A stretch of DNA of 9,460 nucleotides from Bugula neritina. Taxonomy: Eukaryota; Animalia; Bryozoa. Of the stretch, positions 1 to 7,527 are shown piece by piece. The stretch covers positions 1 to 9,460 of the forward strand of contig CAXIUT010000079.1 of the NCBI GenBank assembly GCA_964035545.1, in the 5' to 3' direction. The notes under the pieces were generated by a model that was given only the letters and a program-made list of their open reading frames with translations, was not told the origin of the DNA and made no database searches. How positions within the stretch are numbered: position 1 is the stretch's first letter; each line of letters opens with the position of its first letter. The position numbers were made by a program, and so were the translations under genes.

Positions 1-69
1 CCAACCCCAACCCCAACCCCAACCCCAACCCCAACCCCAACCCCAACCCCAACCCCAACCCCAACCCCA
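1..69 (+). repeat. Left telomere, (CCCCAA)n, the C-strand of a Tetrahymena-type TTGGGG telomere
   Basis: Perfect CCCCAA tandem repeats from base 1, ending CCCCA|TTTTAAAA at 69. No CCCAAA variants. Confidence 0.98.
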
Positions 70-207
70 TTTTAAAATATTTATTCAAAATTATTGAAGA
101 TTTATATGATTTATAACTTTTGATATTTTATTACAAAATATAAGTTGAAAGTGACTCAAATAGTACTCAGTTAAGTTATTACCAACTGTTTCTTCTTCAG
201 ATTATTC

Positions 208-1078
208 ATGTCAAAATAGTCGTTATTAGTCCAATAGATATAAAACTAAAAGCCTTTTAGTTCTTAAAGGAATACAGTATGAAAGCTCAAATTCTCTTGA
301 TGATATTAAGAAAGAAGACTAACTCTTATCAAATAATTCAAGAAAAGAATAGTAAGTTGGATAAAATTCTATTTCAAAGAGTACTAGATTGAAAAGTAGA
401 CATCATATAGTAATAAAAGATAAAAATAATAATCAACAAACGACTTTACATGGTTTTAACTTTTCTTCAAATATTGATATTTCTGAACAATAGATAATAG
501 ATAAAATAAAACAAGAAAGTAATTCTAAAAAGCGTGCTAATAAACAAAAATTAAAATCTAAAAGCAGTAAAAAAAATGATATCAAATAGTTAGAGAAATA
601 AATATAAATACAAAAACAAAAGAATGGTATTCTAGAATAAAAACTAAAATTAAGCAACTAAAAATATGATCAATTAAGATTACTGCCATAAAAAGTTCAA
701 AAATTAGAAAAAATAATAGTTTAAGATAAAATTAATAGCGAATAATTAAAATTAAGAATAAAAATACTTGAACAAAGATAAAGATAGTTAATAGAAGAAG
801 TTAAAACTAAATCATCGGTTATAGAGCAAGTAGTAGAGTAGAATTTTATTTATAAAGAAAGAGTAATGGAGGTTGAAAGTTTATATGCTGCTTATGACTT
901 TAATGTTAAATAGGAATTGTAGTAATTTGAGAACTTTTCAGACGGATAATCAGTTTTGAAAGAAGAAAAAGAGATAAATGACGAAAAATAATTAACATAT
1001 GAAGAGAAATCCTATGATTTATGTAGTAAAGACTCAATAGAAGAAGTCACAAATTAAATGGATACATTTAGTTTATGA
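208..1078 (+). CDS. Hypothetical Lys/Glu-rich coiled-coil protein (~280 aa); 5' end uncertain
   Basis: With UAR=Glu, one frame is free of TGA from 155 to the TGA at 1076-1078. It encodes heptad-like sequence (IKELEKEIEIQKQKNGILEEKLKLSNEKYDQL...KIKILEQRERELIEEV-like). That frame has no early ATG. ATG 208 (MSKESLLVQEIENEKPFSSERNT) joins it through a 34-nt GTATGA...TAAG intron (277-310) or a 19-nt intron (219-237). The start and intron are inferred. Confidence 0.6.
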
Positions 1079-1233
1079 AATAATGATCTTCAATTCATTT
1101 TTATGATATTCTTAAATAGTATTTGATTTATGAAGTTAAATTGAAAAAAACAAAAATTATTTTTTATTTTAACCACATTAAGATAGTATGTGATGGCTGT
1201 TATTATCTAACTCCTTAAAATTCAAATATAATA

Positions 1234-1802
1234 ATGCAAAGACTGGGTAAAGGTCGTGCTCCTACTCGTGCAATCAAGGCCAAAGAACATGATGAAGAAA
1301 CCATCAATGAGCTCAAAGAAGCCTTTAAGATCTTCGATAGTAAGAACACAGGTACTTCATTTATAAAATTAGGAGAAATTGATGCTAGAGAACTTAAAGC
1401 CATTATGAAGGCTTTCGGCATGGAAGTTAAGAAACAAGATGTGAGAGATATCTATGCTGAAATGGGAAAATAGATCAAAGAAGGTTTAAATTTCAATGAA
1501 TTTCTTGGAGTTATGACTAACCGCATGGTAAATTTAATTTGAATTAGGGTCCTCGGGATTCAAAAGATGAGATTCTTAAAATATTCAAATTATTTGATGA
1601 AGACAACTTGAACAAAATTACTTTTAAAAACTTGAAAAGAATCGCTGTAGAAGTAGGAGAGAAAATCCCTGATGATTAGTTGAAATAAATGCTTGAATAA
1701 GCAGATAGAGATGGAGATGGAATGCTTAATTTCGATTAATTCTACAGAATTATGAGAAGAAGAGGAGATCCTCTTGACGATTTCGATAGTGATGATGAAT
1801 GA
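1234..1802 (+). CDS. Centrin-family EF-hand protein, 175 aa, 3 exons (1234-1351, 1373-1527, 1548-1802)
   Basis: Spliced translation: ...ELKEAFKIFDSKNTGEIDARELKAIMKAFG...DSKDEILKIFKLFDEDNLNKITFKNLKRIAVEVGEKIPDD[E]LK[E]MLE[E][12 protein letters not shown][E]FYRIMRRRGDPLDDFDSDDE-TGA. KITFKNLKRIA and ADRDGDG are centrin signatures. The spliced length is 528 nt, a multiple of 3. Confidence 0.95.
1352..1372 (+). other. Spliceosomal intron, 21 nt (3n, no stop codon), centrin intron 1
   Basis: GTACTTCATTTATAAAATTAG. Removing it restores the 12-residue EF-hand loop DSKNTGEIDARE. Confidence 0.88.
1528..1547 (+). other. Spliceosomal intron, 20 nt, centrin intron 2
   Basis: GTAAATTTAATTTGAATTAG. It contains an in-frame TGA, and its removal is required to join MTNRM to GPRDSKDEILK. 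Confidence 0.93.
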
Positions 1803-1854
1803 TATCATGCCTTTCATTTCTTAATAAACATTAAATTTATTAGACTTATTTAAA

Positions 1855-2343
1855 TCATTTTCTTTTAAGAGAAGATTCCCACTCTTTAAGTTGAATTTCA
1901 AAATATTAATTGGGTTTAACCATTGGTCTTTTTTTCTTAACAAACAAAAATGCTTCTTCAAAGCTAATCTTGTATTTTTTCATGAGATAGGCAATAACTA
2001 AAGTTGGACTTCTTGATATTCCAAAAGCACAATGGACAAAAATACCTTATTTTGATCTTGCCGCCTTTTCTATAAAGTCGCATGTTTCTTCAAAAAATGG
2101 CTTAATAGACTGATTTAACGAATCTTTGACTTTAATTTGTAAGTATTCGAAGTCATTTTTAAAGTGTGTCATCAGTTCTCCACCTGCAACAAGAATATAC
2201 CTTATTCCTAAAGATTTTAGAAATGTTTTATTTTTAGCACAATATTGATCTCCAATATAAACATTCTTAACTATTTAATCAATGTCTATTTAATCTACAG
2301 GACATTAAAAATGTTATTTTTATGGCTTGTGAAGAATTAACAT
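1855..2343 (-). CDS. Atypical dual-specificity protein phosphatase (DSPc domain), 162 aa, intronless
   Basis: ATG 2343 to TGA 1857-1855. The translation has D[E]IVKNVYIGD, GIRYIL, the catalytic motif VHCAFGISRS (HCx5R), AYLM and RPMVKPN[E]YF, all DUSP hallmarks. Confidence 0.95.
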
Positions 2344-2428
2344 TTTTCTAGAATTTTAGACTAACTAATTTCAATAAATATAATATAAAACTTTAAAATT
2401 TATAAGTTAACAGATATATGGGCGATAA

Positions 2429-3772
2429 TCAAGCTGCCTTAACACACTTCTGTTGCTTTTCATCGAACTTGGTACCTTCGACACATGAAACACAGAGTTG
2501 GATACTTTCCAAGAATTTAGAATTTGCTGGACATTCTTTACATTCTTTACCATTCCAGATCGGTTTAGTCTTAGGATCACATGGCTTGCATTTTTGAGTT
2601 TATTCATCAAGAGAAGGAGCATTTTCTGGACATTTACAAGTTCCATTGACAAGAGGATAAATGCATCCCTTTGCACAGGATTTAGAAGTGGCATTCCAGA
2701 CAGTTCCAAGTTTACAGACTTAACAAGTTGATGTTTCATTATTCCACTTAGTATCGCAAGAAACACAAACTTTTTCTTTATTTAAATGTGGCTTATCAGC
2801 AGGACAGTTACATTTTTCTTTTGCTTGATCATAAGTAGCTCCTTCAGGACATGTGATACATTCTTTCTTTTTTTAATTCCAGTTTTTAGGAGGTGGGCAA
2901 GAAACACATTTTTCATCAGCACCAGTTTTAAAATCTCCAAGACATGCACATTTTTTAGCTGCAGCATCCCAAGTCTTGTTATCTTTACATTCAGTACAAG
3001 TTTTATCAGTTTTATTCCAAAATGTTTTGCATCCGATACATTTATTTTCTTTTGAAAGATAAGGTTTCTCATGTGGGCAAGAACATATTGATTGAGTCAA
3101 ATTGTAGACAAAACTTTCAGGACACATCATGCATTGACTTATTTTATTATCCCAGACGGCTGGCTAAGGACATTGTTGACACTTTCCAGTTGAATCAGGT
3201 TGATAGCCTTTTTTACAAACACATTTTAAAAGTTTAGCATCCCACTCTTTATTATCTTCGCATGGAGCGCAGTTTCCTGAAGCATCTGTTGCAGGCTTAT
3301 CTTTAGGACATTTGCAGTCTAGAGTTTTGGGATCTAGTTATTTACCTTTTTAGCATTTAACTGGATATGGTTTGGCTGGGAAAGAATCTCCAGTAGGTTG
3401 AACAGGAGGAGGAGTAGGTTGTGTTGGAGGAGGAGTAGTAGGTTGTGGATTAGGTTGAGGAACTTGAGTAGGTTGTGTTGGTGTTGTTGGAGCTGGTTGA
3501 TTAGGAACATGAGGTTGTGCGGGACCTAGAACATGAGGTGTGATGCTGGAAGTTTGAGGTACAGTTGGTTGTGGGTTAGTAGGAGGAGGGATTTGAGGAG
3601 CAGGAATATTAGTTTGAGGAATGGTAGGAGGATTGTTTGGAGTTTGTAAGTATGGGTTCATAGCGATGGCAGGAATTGAATCTGCTTAATGTGAGACTGA
3701 AGGGATCGTCAGATTCATGACGCTTGATAGCATCAATATTAAGAGTAAGAAGGACTTTGTTGGTTTAATCAT
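2429..3772 (-). CDS. Putative secreted protein, 447 aa: signal peptide, Pro/Thr/Gln-rich linker and Cys-rich repeat region (40 Cys)
   Basis: One UAR=Glu ORF from ATG 3772 (MIKPTKSFLLLILMLSSVMNLT) through PTQPTPPP-type repeats into 20 C-x(8-13)-C units (e.g. CPESFVYNLTQSIC, CPEGATYDQAKEKC), ending KCVKAA-TGA. It joins ORF-track fragments 3350..3661 and 2873..3130. Confidence 0.9.
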
Positions 3773-3792
3773 TTCTATATCAAATAAAAAAT

Positions 3793-3809
3793 TATTGAAT
3801 TATTCAATA
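3793..3809. promoter_or_regulatory. Perfect 8-bp inverted repeat TATTGAAT-T-ATTCAATA, 20 nt upstream of the secreted-protein ATG
   Basis: The dyad symmetry is seen directly. A regulatory role is inferred from position only, and AT-richness raises the chance of coincidence. Confidence 0.25.
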
Positions 3810-4019
3810 GATTTTGGTTTAAATAAATCCAGATTGACTGTTGCTGACAAAATAATAAATAAGATTTACTATACTGAACGTTAACTGTATTTTAACACAT
3901 TTCTGACCAAGTAATCAAAGTTTATTTTGATTCTCTTTTTTTTCTAATTGAGTATATTTTCACGTAATTGTAAAAAATAAACAAAAGAAAATTAAATCAA
4001 TCAATATTCCTAAATGTAT

Positions 4020-5057
4020 TCATCTTATATTTGTCCTATCAAAATAACGAGATTTCTTAATAGGATTGACTACTATCTTTTAGTCAGTTTATTCGATAGT
4101 TTTATTTCTATTTCTTCTTAAACTATGTGATTTATCTTCCTTTTAATGAATATCTGGCCATAAAAAACTTTCAGATCCTTTTCTAATTCCCGTATGAAGA
4201 ATTGAACTCTCTTTTTTTGATATATAGCCTGAATTTAACCTAAAATAAAACTATTGATATTGTTTTACTTTATCTTATGTTAATTATGTGTTTTGTTTGA
4301 TCTTAGATTTAAAACTTTTTCCCTTCTTTTTGATATTTTGCTTTTAGATAGGTTTAAAAATAATATTTAAAGATGAATTTTATTTTTATTCTTGAGTTGT
4401 ATTAGTATTTTTTGTTGAAAATGGTTTTATCTAGTGTTTTTCACTGATTCTCGATGATATATCTTCTTAATTATTCTAAATTTTGAAATTATTTTATTTT
4501 AGTTTAGTTTAAAGAGATATATTTCTCTCTTCGAGTGTTTCTTATTCTAATTTTTGTTGCAATTTTTCATTACAGTTATCTGAAAAGTCAAAATCCTATT
4601 CATCTAATTATTTTGAATGTTAAAAAGGACATTAATAACATTCTCCAAAGACTTCATTTTCTTAAGAAACATACTTTTAAACTTTTTCCATAATATTGTT
4701 CATTTATGAATTTTTAAGAACTAGAAGCTATCCTTTGTTCGGAAAATTGCAAAAAGGTTACATTATCACTTCACATTGAATCATCAGATATAAAAGTTTT
4801 AAGTATCTATTTCGATTTTTCTTCCAAAATGTATCTGGAAGTATACGATCTAACTTCTTAAACCATTGTATTAGCTTTATTTTATCATGTCGAGTTAAAA
4901 TTTAGTAAAACTGTGAATTTAATATCACCTACTTCAAGGTGATATATTCAAGTTAAAGCTCCTGAGAAAGATTATTATCATTTTTCGACTGAACTTGTTT
5001 GTTTTTTATTCTTTTATTAACAGAAATAGGAGAACGAGATGTTGGTCTATGAAACAT
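4020..5057 (-). CDS. DUF4485 (CEP112 N-terminal-like) domain protein, 345 aa
   Basis: ATG 5057 to TGA 4022-4020 with no internal TGA. It contains DKIKLIQWFKKLDRILPDTFWKKNRNRYLKLLYLMIQCEVIM[E]PFCNFPNKG[E]LLVL, matching the W..KL...KNRN.Y.KLL..M.....PF...P..G.L pattern I recall for DUF4485. The C-terminus is low complexity. Confidence 0.82.
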
Positions 5058-5146
5058 TTAAGCTTCAATCTAATATTTTAATCAATTTAACGTATAAAAC
5101 TACAGAACTATTTAATATTTATTTGATCAGATAAAAATCTTTAAAA
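5058..5146. promoter_or_regulatory. Putative bidirectional promoter; 89-nt AT-rich gap between divergent ATGs
   Basis: Start codons are head to head at 5057 (-) and 5147 (+). Promoter function is inferred from the geometry. Confidence 0.5.
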
Positions 5147-5494
5147 ATGATAGCAAGATTGACACATAAATGTAGGATAACCTAAAAAGATATATATTTG
5201 TTTGGAAAAGCAGTTGGAGACGATAATCCTGTTCATAGAGATCCTTAATTTGCTGCTAAAACTAGATTTAAAACTCCTATAGCTCATGGAATGACCTCTC
5301 TTGCTATTTTAAATCAAATTATACCCAAAAATTATCAAATGCTTTCCTTTAATATTAAATTTATGAGACCTATCTATCCAGAATACTAACTTATTTCTTA
5401 ACTAGAAATCAAAGAAAATCTTGAATTTTAAATGATCATATCAAAGGAAAACTAAAAAATCACCTCAATCAAAGGATTCTTAGAAACTCTTTGA
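5147..5494 (+). CDS. MaoC-like hot-dog-fold dehydratase / (R)-specific enoyl-CoA hydratase (PhaJ/HTD2-like), 115 aa
   Basis: MIARLTHKCRIT[E]KDIYLFGKAVGDDNPVHRDP[E]FAAKTRFKTPIAHGMTSL...IKFMRPIYP...TGA. It has the hydratase-2 motif GDxNPxH...F...IAHG with the catalytic Asp/His. It is absent from the ORF track because of internal TAA codons. Confidence 0.92.
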
Positions 5495-5561
5495 TAAAAA
5501 TGATTTTTTAATACTGGAATCATCAAAAAAAGTATAAAATCAAATTTATTAAACAAGTTGT

Positions 5562-6218
5562 TCATTTTTCTGTTTTAATATGTAGTCTTTTACTTTCTAA
5601 AGCTAATATTTCTTCCATGAGAACCATTTTTTCAATAGATTGTACTTTTTTCAATCGACGCATTTATTGATCACTAAGTTAAGAATTTAATGACTATGAT
5701 TAAGATCGATGCTGACTGCTTAACCTTCTATAATATTTTATTTTTTTCTAAAGAGAAGATCCATTCTTTTCTTTTTTTGCACTTTTTTCTTTAGACAGAG
5801 AATTAAACTTACCTTTTCGATATTTTTTGCTTTATGATGATAACTTTGTGCCGAAATATTCTTTGTTTGGATGATTATACTACTTCAAATAATTTTTTAG
5901 TTCTCTACTCGCAGTACTATCTTCTATATTATTGTTAGAACACAATATTTTTCTATTTTTTCTCTTTTTGTCTTTCCGATTTTTAGTCTGTTTATTAATT
6001 GGAAGGTCTTGTAAAGAGTCAAAAAGATTAATCTTACCTGAAACTTCATTAATACGAGTCGATGATTTAAGATCTTACTTTTTAATTGGCTTTTGCATTG
6101 CTTTCCGATCTGACTTGAGTTTATCTTTGACATTTTTCAAAAGATTTGGAGACATTATTTTATCTCTATTTCTTCCTTTGCTTTTTGATTGTTATTTCTA
6201 TCGTTTGTTATGATACAT
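5562..6218 (-). CDS. Hypothetical Lys/Arg/Ser-rich basic protein, 218 aa
   Basis: ATG 6218 (MYHNKREKEQSKSKGR...) to TGA 5564-5562 with no internal TGA. It has an NLS-like KNRKDKKRKNRK and a helical C-terminus (QEMRRLKKVQSIEKMVLMEEILALESKRL). It fills the gap between its neighbours. No domain recognised. Confidence 0.72.
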
Positions 6219-6277
6219 TAGACAATCTTAATCTTTGTCTTTAGTATAAAGATTATATTTATATTTACTCAAAAAAT

Positions 6278-6418
6278 TAAACTTGTACTCTTTATAGTAG
6301 TAAATTGATAAGAAAGTGTAAGAAAGTGAAGCAGTCCCTTCCTCTCACTTACAGTGAGCTGTCACAAGGCACTATTCTGTAATGCACCTTGTTTTGACGT
6401 GCTGTCACTTCAAGTTTA
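6278..6418 (-). ncRNA. Unclassified structured RNA element in or after the RACK1 3' UTR
   Basis: Core 6324-6410 is ~46% GC (40/87) in otherwise very AT-rich intergenic DNA. Nested complementary segments: 6324-6333/6400-6410, 6344-6349/6353-6358, 6361-6364/6395-6398, 6365-6372/6384-6391, plus an outer 8-bp pair 6278-6285/6411-6418. G-U wobbles work only on the minus strand. Confidence 0.6.
6309..6328. repeat. Tandem 10-bp direct repeat (TAAGAAAGTG)x2
   Basis: Seen directly. It overlaps the base of the structured element. Confidence 0.8.
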
Positions 6419-6424
6419 CATAGA

Positions 6425-7477
6425 TCATTGAGCTTTCTCTTCAGTTACTTAGACAACCTTGATATCTCCATTGCTGTAGCCGATGAAGAGTCTGTTTCCA
6501 AGGGTGTTCCATGAGATTGAGGTCACTTGGTGGAATTTATCTTGTTTGGCTTTCTTTGATTGTTTCTCTTAGAGATTTTTCTTTCCTTCAAGTTTGAAGC
6601 TTCCTTCTCCGATAACTGGGGTGTCTTTAGCTTCAAAATCCCAAATTTTCCATCCAACTTCAGTTCCAATAGCAATCCAGGTGCATCTTGGGTTGAAAGC
6701 AAGGCAGTTGACTGGGGCTCCAGCATCATGGCTTGGGCATGGCTTTTCAACATCACTGAAATCAAAAACTTTAACTTTTTTGTCTTTTCCACCAGTTACG
6801 ATGAAGTTTCCTCGAGGAGAAATAGTAATAGCATTGATATTGGCATCATGGACTTTAATGCTGTCCTTGATATTAAAGGTTTGGTTGTTCCAGACTTTAA
6901 GATATCCGTCCCATCCAACTGAAGCAAAGTATTGTCCTCCAACTGAAGTTTTAGAAGAAGTAGGGATAAATCTAACTTTAGAAACCCAATCATTGTGGTT
7001 GTATTCCTTAACAGTGTGTTTGCAGTGACCCTTAACGTTCCAGAGTTTGATATCTCTATCAGCTCCTGATGAAAGAATATATCTTCCATCTGAGGAAATA
7101 GCACAAGAAAGAACTTCTTTGCTGTGACCATCTTCAGTAAATCTGATGGTAGTCTTTCCATTTCTGAGGTCCCAAAGTCTCATAGTTTTATCCCATGAAG
7201 CTGAAAGGAGATAGTTGTTGTCATTGGTTAAAGCGAGGTCGCTAATGAAGTGAGAGTGTCCAGTAAGAGATTGAACGGGGACACCGAAATCTGAGACAAC
7301 TTTAGATTCATTGTTGAATTTCCAGATAAGGATGGTTTTATCTCTGGATGCAGTGATGAGAACTTGAGTATCTTCATTTTCTTTTTGAGGATGTCCTGTT
7401 TCAATAGCAGTGACCCAATCAGCATGTCCTTTAAGGTGACCAATTTAAGTGGTTCTGATGATGCTTTCTTGATCCAT
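6425..7477 (-). CDS. RACK1: RACK1 / Asc1, 40S ribosomal WD40 beta-propeller protein, 350 aa, intronless
   Basis: ATG 7477 to TGA 6427-6425. It contains GHLKGHADWVTAI, TASRDKTILIW (ribosome-binding RDK), FGVPVQSLTGHSHFISD, SASWDKTMRLWDL, HNDWVSKVRF, SVGWDGYLKVW and LFIGYSNGDIKV. These are RACK1-specific motifs spread over seven WD repeats. Confidence 0.95.
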
Positions 7478-7527
7478 AAATAATCTAATTTAATATTAAT
7501 AAATTAATTTAAAAAGATATCATTTGC

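Noticed and set aside
70-110. Conserved chromosome-breakage motif near the telomeres (TTCAA/TTGAA at 84-98)
   Set aside because: There is no matching motif at an equivalent distance from the right telomere, and such words are common in AT-rich DNA.
277-283. Euplotes-like +1 ribosomal frameshift at GTA-TGA in the left-end gene, and UGA read-through at 9228-9230
   Set aside because: Both are explained more simply by GT-AG introns, and no other gene here needs frameshifting or UGA recoding.
3814-3910. C/D-box snoRNA suggested by TTGG...CTGA-CCAA and three CTGA words
   Set aside because: No RUGAUGA C box follows the putative 5' stem.
4000-4270. Alternative spliced C-terminus for the DUF4485 gene (a second open frame, QAIYQKKRVQFFIRELEKDLK...)
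   Set aside because: The primary frame is already open to TGA 4020. Switching would need a ~40-nt intron, and long alternative frames are expected with a single stop codon. It cannot be fully excluded without cDNA.
6324-6410. SECIS element, IRE, TPP riboswitch, C/D or H/ACA snoRNA, tRNA or telomerase RNA as the identity of the structured element
   Set aside because: GUGA...AAA plus an upper stem resembles a type II SECIS, but the 3' GA of the quartet is missing. There is no C-bulge with a CAGUGN loop, no CUGAGA, no RUGAUGA/CUGA pair, no cloverleaf and no CAACCCCAA template. AGAGGA and ACA are present, but no proper second hairpin lies between them.
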